Shown: positions 11,682-22,364 of the stretch, piece by piece | Numbering within the stretch: position 1 is the first letter of the stretch | Layout: every line of letters starts with the position of its first letter | Assembly (NCBI RefSeq): GCF_037042905.1 | Contig: NC_087245.1 | Location: forward strand, 20,462,001 to 20,526,000 | Direction: 5' to 3' | Length of the DNA: 64,000 nucleotides | Source of the DNA: Lytechinus pictus | Taxonomy: Eukaryota | Notes under the pieces: generated by a model | What the model was told of the DNA's origin: nothing | Seen by the model: the letters and a program-made list of their open reading frames with translations, nothing else | Databases searched by the model: none | Position numbers and translations under genes: made by a program

Positions 11682-12710
11682 ATGCCAAGACACCACCTAA
11701 GTGAAACAGATGTAGCCAGAGCCCTAGGGATGCTGGAAGCTGGCCTCAGTCAGCGAAGAGTAGCCAGAATGATGGGCGTGTCACACAGTGTCATTAGCAG
11801 AGCAAATCAAAGACACCGAGAGACAGGGCTATACTCCGAGAGACCCCGCAGTGGCCGACCAGTTTCGACAACCCCTAGACATGATCGCTACTTGACGAAT
11901 CTCAGCCTCCGCAACCGCTTTTACAGTGCACGCCGCCTCAACAATGACTTCGCTGCAGCAACTGGAGTGATTGTTTCCACTCAAACAATCCGTAACCGAC
12001 TTCACAGAGCCAATATGCATGCCAGACGGCCAGCTCAGTGTGTCCCACTCACCCCTGCTCACAGAAGAATTCGTCTCAACTGGGCCCGGGAGCATGTCAG
12101 ATGGACCAGACAGCAATGGCGTAGAGTTCTGTTCACAGATGAGAGCAGATTTTCCCTAGACCACAATGATGGACGTTCGAGAGTCTGGAGGCGACCAGGA
12201 GAGAGATTTGCAGACCCCTATATTGCAGAACATGACCGTTATGGGGGAGGCAGCGTCATGGTGTGGGGAGGCATCACCTACGCCAACCGTACTCGTCTCT
12301 ACGTGGTCCCAGTGGGAGCAATGACAGGAGTGAGGTACAGGGATGAGGTCCTTGAACCTATAGTGGTGCCATTTGCAGAAAATGTGGGACAAAACATCAT
12401 TTTCATGGATGACAATGCCCGTGCCCACCGAGCTAGGGTGGTGACCGAGTTCCTTGAGGGCCAGGGGATTGAGCGTATGGAGTGGCCAGCGAGGTCCCCG
12501 GACTTAAACCCGATAGAGCACGTCTGGGACATGATGGGGAGGAGTCTCGAGCAGCTCGAAGCCCATCCACTTGGACTGCAGCAGCTGGGTGTGGCTCTGG
12601 AGGCTGCATGGGATGCACTGGACGTCAGAGACATCAATCGCCTCATCAGCTCCATGAGACAGCGCTGTGAAGCCGTTATTGCTGCAGGAGGTGGTCACAC
12701 TCGTTACTGA
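11682..12710 (+). CDS. Intact Tc1-family DD34E transposase, 342 aa
   Basis: N-terminal HTH region, GRP linker (RSGRP), VLFTDESRF, VMVWGGI, FMDDNARAH and WPARSPDLNPIEHVW with 34 residues between the second D and E, C-terminal GGHTRY. Confidence 0.95.
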   Translation: MPRHHLSETDVARALGMLEAGLSQRRVARMMGVSHSVISRANQRHRETGLYSERPRSGRPVSTTPRHDRYLTNLSLRNRFYSARRLNNDFAAATGVIVSTQTIRNRLHRANMHARRPAQCVPLTPAHRRIRLNWAREHVRWTRQQWRRVLFTDESRFSLDHNDGRSRVWRRPGERFADPYIAEHDRYGGGSVMVWGGITYANRTRLYVVPVGAMTGVRYRDEVLEPIVVPFAENVGQNIIFMDDNARAHRARVVTEFLEGQGIERMEWPARSPDLNPIEHVWDMMGRSLEQLEAHPLGLQQLGVALEAAWDALDVRDINRLISSMRQRCEAVIAAGGGHTRY

Positions 12711-13135
12711 ACTGCCTGAAAGACACTCAGACATTGGTTTTTACCACTTCATGTCGGTAGCTGATACCCCTCGGGGCCCACTTTTCAGGATGTGCAGTGA
12801 TGCGAGAGACATTGTGCAACAACTGAAACCACTCATGCGTGAAATTGATTACAGCGTGTTTAAGGACATTTAGGACAGTTGTACTGAGGTATTTCCAGAA
12901 ATAAAACACCTTGTATAAAATCTTAATGTACGTTTTAAAAAGTGGTCCTTAACTTTTTTTGAGTAGTGTATATCATTTATTGTGATGCGGATCCTTGTTA
13001 CTAAAAAGCCATCCTCATCTCAAAATCATGAATGTTCAATACAACTAGTCACTTTTATCAGTCATTAGTCAATTTTCCTGCTAGCCATGATAGATGACTT
13101 GTCATGTGATAGATTTCAGCAGATTGCTTGACCAG

Positions 13136-13319
13136 GTGGGTGTTTCATAGAGCTGTTCGTCATTTAAGAGCGACTTTAAGAACGAGTGGTGAACCTTTCT
13201 TACGCTCTAAATAATCACCAATAAGCATTTAATGGTCAAATATCATTTACCACAAGAAAAGATCACCAGTCGTTCTTAAAGTCACTCTTAACTTACAAAC
13301 AGCTTTATGAAACGGCCCC
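13136..13319. mobile_element. PIF/Harbinger-like MITE
   Basis: About 70-bp imperfect TIRs (GTTTCATAGAGCTGTT...GACTTTAAGAACGA and the reverse complement); CAG TSD at 13133-13135 and 13320-13322. Confidence 0.8.
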
Positions 13320-13901
13320 CAGGATCCATATCACCATTTTATAACCACTCATCTTGAAGGGTATACATCAACTGAGGGAAAGAATCAACATTGTAAAGGT
13401 GAGGAATAAATCAGGTGGTAAGAGCCTATCTCACCATCCGACTGGGGAGGTAAGATTATATGTTAAAGATGTAGCTGAAATAGTATCCTAATGTAAATTC
13501 AACAGTGAAAAAAAAAAAACAGGGAAAAAACGGTATGACAATGGAGAAAGAAAGAAAGAAAAGTGAGGAACAAAGAAGTAATTAAAAATACTAATACAGA
13601 ATACAGCTCTAGAGACCCAAAAATAGAAGGTAGCATTATTAAAATATTAATAAATGTGAAAATGTAATAGATAAAAGAGGAAGGGAGATAATGCAAGGGG
13701 TAGAGAGAGGGAGAAAAAAAACATATAAAAGAGAGTAAGCATATGCATGAGAGGGCAAAATAAGACAGATTGAGAAAATAAATGAAATACAAAAGAACAA
13801 GGGAACAAAAAAATCATAGAAAGAGAAAGAGACAAATAGTTAATGAAAGAGAGAAAGGGGCATTGAAAGAGAGGCTGGATATAAGAGCATCCAAAACATA
13901 C

Positions 13902-14021
13902 CATCTGTCTATCCCCAGTTAAATGGGCTAGTTCCACCATCTCCCTGCCAAACTGACTGAAGCATTGAACAAATTCAGTAAAACTTCTGGTCTTATCGAT
14001 ACGCTCTAAGCTGTTACAAAC
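13902..14021 (-). CDS. CTNNAL1: Alpha-catulin coding exon (likely exon 4), 120 nt
   Basis: VCNSLERIDKTRSFTEFVQCFSQFGREMVELAHLTGDRQM; the 'FxEFVQxFSQFGxEMVExAHLxGDRQ' motif is catulin-typical. Acceptor ttccag, donor gtatg. Confidence 0.95.
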
Positions 14022-14534
14022 CTGGAATGTAAAAAGGAATATTATCATATACAGACAATTAATTTTTATCACACATTGATATTCAATTATCTCACCATTG
14101 CTAAATGCACTCCTCGTGCCAACTATCGCAAGGCTCGACAAAATACATCTAAAGCCTCTGATCACTTTTCAGCTGCCTATATCAATCACTGCTACTTTTT
14201 GTTGAAAAACAGATTTTACAAAGGGCATTGCAACACAAACAAAATAAGTGATTTCTATGATTCATTGCACATAGTGACCAATGCAATCAATCATTAAAAA
14301 ATCAATTCTATGATCAATCATTAAGGCTCGCATTACAAGTCCTTGAACGTGTAATTGTAAAGTGATGTGCATCAGGGGATAAGTCCCCTGACTTTGAACC
14401 ACAAGGTCCAGGGTTCCAGTCCCACTGCAGCATCGATGCCATTTGGAGGGATATTTATCTACTTTTGCCACTCTACAGCCAGGTAGTGGTAGTATATTAA
14501 ATTTATTGTTGTTTTCACAGCATTGTGTTATCAT

Positions 14535-14725
14535 ACTGTATAAGCTGTTATTTTCGCGGTGGTTTTATTTTCGCGGATTTCGCGAATTGCCTATCGGCCG
14601 CGAATTTATCAATCAGTGCCAATGTCCCCAACAGCAAAGTTTTGCTATTGAAAACATCCTGTGAACTGAGAATATTGAGATATGCACCTTTATATGTACA
14701 AAAAATAAGGTTTAGAAAGTACAGT
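14535..14725. mobile_element. Degenerate non-autonomous DNA element
   Basis: TACTGTA...TACAGT ends with repeated TTTCGCG motifs at the left end. Confidence 0.4.
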
Positions 14726-15061
14726 TAGTGATTCAAAAAGTTAGCTAGAATTTCACTTTATTTTATCTCTCAAACAAAATCAGAGCCTAAACTATTTTCT
14801 AACATAATTCTTTCGATATTTATTCACTCACTGTAATATTACAATGTATTTTCCATGAAATAATTTGATTTTATTGTCATCTGATTGACTATATACACAT
14901 GTATTGGCAGCTATTTGCATACTCATTAATATTCATAAGTCACATGACCAGAGCTTTTAGAGGGGTAAGAATCTGTTCACAGAATTCAACATTTTTGCAC
15001 TGAAACCAACTTTTTACAAAGTTAATCTAACAATTCACAACTTTAAAAGATTACTCTTACA

Positions 15062-16447
15062 CAGGCCTCTCGATTAACTTTAATTTTTGGAAGTCAGCCG
15101 GGCACCCTGGACTGAACTTTAGGTGGTCAAATGGCAGTTTAGTTGGTCATCACATGCATATTGAAAATATTGTATCATGACAAATTGTAAAGTGTATCAA
15201 CTCTGTATATGTAAGTTTGCTGCGAAACACTACATTACTGGTGGAACCTTTCTGTGGATTAAAAAGGACAAACTCAAGCCTTTGTTTCAAATGAGATTTA
15301 AAAAATTACTCATGATCCTTTTCACAGCTTTTTTTACTTGAGACTTGTTCATTTTTAGACTTAAAGTTAGAGGTACATTTTAAAATGAACAAGGTAAACT
15401 CTGAGTCTCTGTGCTTAATTTGTTTTCTTTTAATGCATGATATCCTGTACTCATAGTTTGTTTTTAGATATCATATTAGTATTTTAATTTTGCATTGTGT
15501 AATTATGTATGATGTTTATGTAATGTTTATATTTTTGATTTGTAAAAGATTCCACAATTCAGCCTCTGGCTGCGAAAGAATTTATAGCAACTTTTTATGA
15601 AATGGGCCCCAGAAGTATACATTACAGAAAGAGTGGGAACAAAACCACAAGTGGCTTGGATGAGGCAAAACATAAACAAGTGATCATGTCGTTGTCCATT
15701 CCCCAACATCACAAAATGTGTCCTCAATCACCAAATTACACACAACAAGCTCACCACACGCTGAATTTGATACTATAATGAAAGGACTTAACTTTATTCA
15801 AGTTCAATGGGCTGATCAATGGCCGGATACGCCGGCCGTCGATCAGACCCTGAAAGTCGTGCGCTAGTGCCGTGGGCTAGCCGAACCGTCAGTGGGTTGA
15901 TCAACGTACATGCCGCAAAATAATGAAGGGAATTGAATATGTGGTCATATTGAGAGCGTATGGTAGTGCTGCACAATACCTAAGTGGTGGGATCACCAGT
16001 CTGTTGAATGATACCATATACTGCAAAATAAGAGTGTGTGCCTCATACACACAAAATTTACAAAACTAGGTACCAGTCTTGCTCAGTGTGTGCATGCACT
16101 CTCGATCACGGGAGTGAGATTGATTGCATGCGTGGGACTAGACTAAGTGTGACTGTCTTTGATGCGCGATGTGGATCGAATCTACAGTGAAGTCGGGGAG
16201 AATTGTAAAAAAAATGGAATAATCAGTGCAGAATTCGTCCAAACGGATTTCAAAATTTCTAAACGTAAGCAACAAAATATAAGTTTAAACGCTCTGCATG
16301 AGAGAAGTTTCATTCGTTTTAGACCTACATGTACTCATTTTCGGTTTTCTACATGGTCAGCCCAGGCACTATTACCCAACTTTTAGGGTGCCCGACGGAG
16401 CTTCAGGCGGTCAATGGCCCCCGGACCGCCACCAATTTCGAGCCCTG
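15062..16447. mobile_element. hAT-like non-autonomous element
   Basis: Ends CAGGCCTCTCGA... / ...TTCGAGCCCTG, shared subterminal motif GTCAGCC(G/C)(G/A)GGCAC, imperfect 8-bp TSD CTTACACA/CTTACATA (left copy overlaps the terminus). Confidence 0.65.
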
Positions 16448-16742
16448 CTTACATATCAAACCGTGACATGATGAATTTTCAGATCTAAAGGTACAAAAAG
16501 GTGAAAATTAAGCCACTTTTTTCCACACTTTGTTACAGTTTGTAACTGTTTTTACCGGGACATATTTATGTATAAGCACACATCAGCTTTAGATGACAAT
16601 GACATTTGGACAATTTTACTGTTTTGCTACATAAAAGATTAAAATGAACTGGCATAATGACAAGTGATATTACAAGAATAGAGAGATATTCATGGTTACA
16701 ACTACTATTAAAGTAACACCCAACACGAACAAAAACTATAAC

Positions 16743-17565
16743 CAGGGCTCGACACTAGCAGCGGTCCGACGGTCCCAGAGCGGTAAAAATCGCTGTCGGG
16801 CCAGTAGATTTTCAGAAATAGGAAGATTTACTGGTCCGACATGACCAGTAAAAAATATCATTTTCGGGCCAGTAATTTTTCCAAAAATAGCAAGATTTAA
16901 GGGTCCGACATGACCACTAATAAAATCCACTGTTGGGCCAATAACTTTTCCAGAAATTGTCAAAATAACTGCAAACTATTTCCCCCCGTTAAATTCTGTC
17001 ATTCACACTAGAGTAGCATACAGTGTACATGTAGCCAGCCACACGACCCACGTGGTAAATTCTCTACTGGCTGCGCGAACGAAGCTTGGCTAAACTCTGG
17101 CAGAAATCTCTCACAGAACTGTAAAAATTCACGGTTCATACTCATGAAAGGCTCTTATAATGTCCATATTTCCTAAAAATTGGAGTAACTCTGTCATTTG
17201 TAAGCAGTAAAAGGAGAAATTTTCACTTCTGTTTTGGTTCAAACAGATCGGGTTTCGGGTGATATCTTCTGAATACATAATAGCCCCACATATGCATTTA
17301 TGTGTGTGTTGATACACTTGGTTTCTGACTCTCTTTCGTAGTTATTTTAATTGAGCCAAAAAGAAACTGATAAATTATTTGATGATAGTTTTAGCTTTCT
17401 TCCTCTGTTTTCTTCCTATCTTTCTTTCCTTCTTTCTTTTCAATCTTTCTTTGTTTCTTCCCTCTTTTCTTTCATTTTTTTTGTTACTGTCTTTCTTTTT
17501 TAATTTCCCTTTTTTCTTTAATTTGTTCTTTCTTTCCTTTTAAAAATATTTTTCTCTATTTCTTT

Positions 17566-17597
<32 letters not shown>

Positions 17598-18677
17598 TTC
17601 CTTCCTTCCTTCCTTTCTTTCTTTTTGATATTTTTCTTTCTTTAATTCTTGAGTCCATCCATCCTATATTCATCTCTTCTCTCATTCCTTTCTTTCCTTC
17701 TTTTTACCCTTTTCTTTCCTTCATTCTTTGTTACTTTCTTTGTTTCTTTCTTCCTTCCATCCATCATTTATTTACCCTTTCTTGTTGTTTTTTATTTCTT
17801 CCTTCTTCCAACCCTTTGTCTCTTTCTTACATTCATTCCTTCCTTTCTTATGTATGTCTTGTTCTTTCCTTTTTCCCTTTGTTAAATCTATCCTTTTACC
17901 TTTCCTTTCTTTTTTTGACTGCTTGCTTCCTTTCTCTCCTTTATTCTTTCATTCCTTCCTTTCTTTGTCTCTCAGTCTTTCTTTTTTTCTTCCTTTCATC
18001 TATTCTTTTCTCTCTTTTTTTATATTGTTTGCTTCTTTCCTTCCCTTCCTTTATTTCTTTCCTCCTATCTATCATTTTACCTTTCCTTTATTTCTTCCTT
18101 AATTCCTTTCTTCCTTCTTTCAATCCTTCCTTCCTCTCTTTCTTTATTTTGACCTTCTTTCCATCTCTCCTTTAACCCTTTCTTTTTTATTGCTTCTTCT
18201 TTCTTTCCTTTACTACTTACTGGATTTGTTCTTTCTTTCTGTATTGCTTGCTTCATTTCTTTCCTTCATTTCTTTTTTTCTTTTCTTTCTTTCTTTCTTT
18301 ATTTTTGTTCCTTCTTTATTCCTTCCTTCCTTTCCTTCTTTAGTTCTTTCTTTTTTTCCTTCCTTCACATCTATCCTTTCTTTACCTTTTCTTTTTTTCT
18401 TCCTTCCTTCCTTTCTTTTATTCTTTTCTTTCTTTCTTTCTTTCTTTCTTCGTTTCTGTCTTGCTTTCTTTTTGTCCTTCATTCCTTCATTTTATTTGGG
18501 GGGGGGGGGAACGAAAGGCTAGAAAAATAAACTTGCGCCTTTTTTAAATGTTTTCTTTATTTTTTGGGACCAGTAGATTTTAGGTTCGGACCAGTAAAAA
18601 TTTGAAGAACTGGGTATCTACTGGTCCGACATGAATAGGTTGGACCAGTAGAAAAAATGGGTTAGTGTGGAGCCCTG
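16743..18677. mobile_element. hAT-like non-autonomous element with an internal pyrimidine tract
   Basis: TIR CAGGGCTCGACACTA / TAGTGTGGAGCCCTG (14/15 match); repeated GACCAGTA and ACTGGTCCGACATGA motifs near both ends; no clear TSD. Confidence 0.7.
17390..18492 (+). repeat. About 1.1-kb CT-rich low-complexity tract
   Basis: Degenerate (TTTC)n/(TTCC)n; the source of several spurious F/L/S-rich ORFs. Confidence 0.9.
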
Positions 18678-18730
18678 TTAAAATATAAAAAACAACATGA
18701 TCTCAATGTACACTTGAATAGAACACTTAC

Positions 18731-18906
18731 TCGATTTCTAGAATTTGATATCTGCTTGATAACAATCTTGTCAGCTAACAACAAGACCCTGGTAATAGCT
18801 GATAGAAGACCTCGGGCAGCCCGAACCATATTACCCTTTCCAGCTGGACTGGTCATCTGTCCCGCAGCATCATACGTTACATCAGTCAACTTGGCAATAT
18901 TACTTC
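18731..18906 (-). CDS. CTNNAL1: Alpha-catulin coding exon (likely exon 3), 176 nt
   Basis: (G)SNIAKLTDVTYDAAGQMTSPAGKGNMVRAARGLLSAITRVLLLADKIVIKQISNSRNR contains the catenin-family 'AARxLLSxxTRVLLLAD' motif. Acceptor cacag, donor gtaag; phase 1 in, phase 0 out. Confidence 0.93.
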
Positions 18907-21467
18907 CTGTGTTTAGAGAGGAAGAAGAAAACAAACTTTTCAAGGCTACCTAATTTTTCTGGCATAAAGCGTTGGGTAAGCTAAGTCATCCACTTGTTGG
19001 GTAAGGGTAGTTTAATTGATTGGGCAAACTCTTTTTTTTTTTAGCATTTACTAAAAGTTTGACTGAAAATCAGTCAAAATATTGCCCCAAGGTTTGTTGC
19101 TCATTATTTTTTGTTGTTGGAAGCATTGGCTTTGCACTTTCACAGTTCACCTTGCCATATATGCTTGTGTATATATATTTTTTGCAGCAGTTAACAAGTA
19201 GATAGTGAATGGGGGGGGGGGGGACAGACCTCCCCTCTTTCCTCTGAATAGACATCCCAACTTCCAAGGAGTGCTGGCAAGGTAGAAATGTTGTGTGGTG
19301 GCATTGAAATGTCAAAATAATAAAAATCAAAACATATTTCTTACCAATAATGGGTAAGGGGAAAGTACTCTATTTCTTACTTCAAATGCTTTTTATTTCA
19401 TAGGTGATAAATAAAGTAGGTGTTAGAGTCTTGGAACATTTTCTTCATGTTCAACAGAAAATAAGATGCATGAGGGACATATGGGTGCAACTTAAAAGAT
19501 CTGAAAAGGACAAGAAGAAGGGAAAAGGGTTAAGATGCAGAAAGAGAGAGAAAAAAGAAATAGTAGATTTGTAGAGAGACAGTCACATGAAGAGAAACAG
19601 GAATGAGAAAAAAGGTGTCAAAGAAAGGAAATTAGAAAGGAGGAAATATATGAAAGAAACATCTTCGAAATTGAAGTAAGATAAAATACTCTAGCTAAAA
19701 ATACAAACATTTAAAGGTTTGTCATTCAATCTTCTATACAGAAAACTGAAAAATAAAGAAGAGAGCACAATAGAGAGAGAGAGAGGCAGATAGATAAAGG
19801 CAGAAAAAACAGAGACGAAAAAGACGAGGAGGGAGACAGACAGACTGATAGAGAGTGAAAATGACAGAGATTGAAACCGAGGGTTAGAGTTTGAGCGAGA
19901 AAAGTACAATGTAGCTGAGAAATAGAGGAGACAGAGACAAAGACAGAATCATTGGACAGGGCAGGGAAAGTGATATACTGTAGATTTCATTGGTCCAAGC
20001 AATGGACAAAGAAACAGAGAGGACTTCAGATAAGTCTCATTTTTAGAAGACATAAAATCATCAATAAACATCACATCAGAAGTGGGTCAGAATGCTCCAG
20101 AAAATCAAATTAATCTAAAGAATCCTAGCAATGATGAGCATTTCATGACAGACTCTCAAAGAATGCTGCAATGTCATGCACCTGCCGTGAATTTTCCATT
20201 ACATTAACAACATCTACAGATCAACAGCATGAAAGCTATCTACTGGGTTCCGCTCCGCAGCCTTGGAATTCTTTTTTCAACAAAAAATTACTTCAAAAAT
20301 ATAATCAGTAGTCTGTATGGAATCAATGTATTCACTTTCAGCCATCCAATCATAAAGCAACAAATTTTGAGGAAGAAATAGAATACATGTTCTAACAATC
20401 TTATTTACTTTGTTGAGTTAAAATGATCACATCCAAAATAACGAAGAATCCTGAGTAGGATGTTTATCATTATAAAGCAAATAATGTCCAGTTGATCAAA
20501 CTAAATATTTGCTACACTTTTAAGGAAAGATCCTTCAGTATCCCCTCCCCCTATTCCCTAAATTAGAGAAACCTTACATGTAAGTAGATTAATTTGAAAC
20601 TATCCTTTTTACATGTATTTTAGACAATTTAAGATATCACCAAAGAAAAAAAATATTTTGATCACTTCCACAAGACTAAAATTATAAATGTAATAGTAAA
20701 TTGGGCCGTTGTTTCATTGTGTAATATTATACCAAATAATTACTTTGTGTGACAAAAGAAAGATTTTTTTTTAAGTCTGAAAGAACTATTATTTATCCAT
20801 CTGAGACAATATCTATACTGTACATCATGCTCTTAAAATGTTCCATCAGTCCAAATGAAAAAGGCAAAAAGGACTATCAATGCAGTATCAAACACGGTCT
20901 GAGCAACATCCAACATGTATCTGATTTTACGATATGGGACCCCTAAAGCGGTGTGAACAATTACATCCCCTGCCCCGATCTCTGTACTCCCTATATAGCT
21001 TCCGCCTGCCCTGCGGACATAATGTATCTCACTTTAATCAACTAATCAATGCCAACTGATACAGGAAATGAAACTCGGATGAACTGGACGGTCTGAATGG
21101 TCAGTGGCCAGTGTGAACGTATCCCCTGATGCTTATTACCCAATGCTCTTCAATTAACATGATGTGTCCAAATAGAATCTATTTTCACGATCTTTAGTAG
21201 ATATGAAACTTATATTAATGTTCCACATGTGCATGTTATAACTCTGCAAATAGAAATAAATCCACAGCTTCATGAACAAAAATACATACCGAAATTTATA
21301 ACTGTTGGTAACATTCTACTTAATGAAACATTCATTTAAAAGTATATGAAAAGCTCACTTGAAATTCACAAGATGAGTTGTATGTTGATACAGAAATTAT
21401 ACATGAAGAAAATGGGATTAGAACTTGTTACATATGCATAGACCTCTATATGAAACAATGATTAGAA

Positions 21468-22105
21468 AAAATGGAATATTACCAAATTGGCATTAAACAG
21501 CGTGTGATTAGGACCAAAAGGGCATATAAATGGAATGTTACCAAATTGGCATTAAACAGCATGAGACTAGGACCAAAAGGGCATATGACAAAATGGAATA
21601 TTACCAAAATGGCATTACACAAAGTGGCCCATATTCTGAAGTCCAGTGTAACTTAGACCATCTAACGCTGTGTTAAAGTTATAGGAAGCTGCAAATGTCA
21701 AAATATTGTTTACGTTTAATTTTCATGTTTAATGCGCTCCTTCCATATGCTTTAATGATGATAAGAACCATCTCTGTAATTATTCCCAGTCAGTTATGAA
21801 TGATTTGAGTGCCAAATGAGCAGACAAATTGAACTTGTACTTTTAGCTACATGCATACCAGTCGTAACTGGCTATCCAGTTTAACCACAACTTTAGACCA
21901 GAGTTTGAATCAAACCCAACGTCAGAATACAGGCCAGTGAGATTATACCAAATGAGTATAAGACGATGTGATATATTAGACAAAGTGGGATAAGACTAAA
22001 AAGACATTACACATTACACAAAGTAAAATTAGATCGGATGGGGATTAAACCCAGCGGTATGAGGCAAAATGAGCAGTGTACAAAGTAGGAGAAGACCAAA
22101 TGGGT
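21468..22105 (+). repeat. Degenerate minisatellite (~20-bp subunits, ~60-bp higher-order unit) interrupted by a MITE
   Basis: AAATGGAAT(A/G)TTACCAAATTGGCATTAAACAGC...TAGGACCAAAAGGGCATAT about 2.5 times; ACCAAATG/GACAAAGTG subunits resume after 21938. Confidence 0.6.
21626..21935. mobile_element. PIF/Harbinger-like MITE
   Basis: TIR GGCCCCATATTCTGAAGT / ACGTCAGAATACAGGCC; AGT on both sides. Confidence 0.7.
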
Positions 22106-22124
22106 AATTCACCTCCCAACACCA

Positions 22125-22364
22125 CACTGCAAAAACACCGGTGTTAATTCAACACCAGCCTGGTATATATATATATATCGGTCCACACCACCAGAGAAGT
22201 GTTGAAACAACACCAGTTAAGAATCAAACCGATATTGGTTTAACACTAAATTGGTGTTGCTTAAATGCCAAACCAGTGTTGTTTCAACACCTCTCTGGTG
22301 TGGAGTCTGTGGACCGATATAGATACCATGCTGGTGTTAAATTAACACCAGCATTTTTGCAGTG
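22125..22364. mobile_element. CACTG-ended palindromic MITE (EnSpm/CMC-like, by inference)
   Basis: CACTGCAAAAA...TTTTTGCAGTG ends; about 85-bp mirrored arms with repeated GGTGTT/AACACC. Confidence 0.75.

Larger units (their letters stand above)
10064..12968. mobile_element. Palindromic Tc1-family DNA transposon with two inverted 1291-bp arms, each containing a transposase gene
   Basis: TA|CACTACTCAAAAAAAGTTAAGGACCAC at 10062-10090 and its reverse complement followed by TA at the right end (12968, TA 12969-70). Arms 10064-11354 and 11678-12968 mirror each other with about 11 mismatches; the flanks beyond TA do not mirror. Confidence 0.95.

Noticed and set aside
10123..12909. Many short overlapping ORFs within the Tc1 arms
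   Set aside because: Alternate-frame and antisense shadows of the transposase, duplicated by the symmetry.
10064..12968. The palindrome as a fold-back sequencing or assembly artefact
   Set aside because: Symmetry stops exactly at the TA-bounded termini, the arms differ at about 11 sites and the spacer is asymmetric. An artefact is unlikely, but only reads can exclude it.
17649..18522. F/L/S-rich and K/E/R-rich ORFs
   Set aside because: Products of the CT-rich low-complexity tract.
21468..21620. CRISPR-like repeat array
   Set aside because: Eukaryotic intron, degenerate tandem units without unique spacers, no cas genes.
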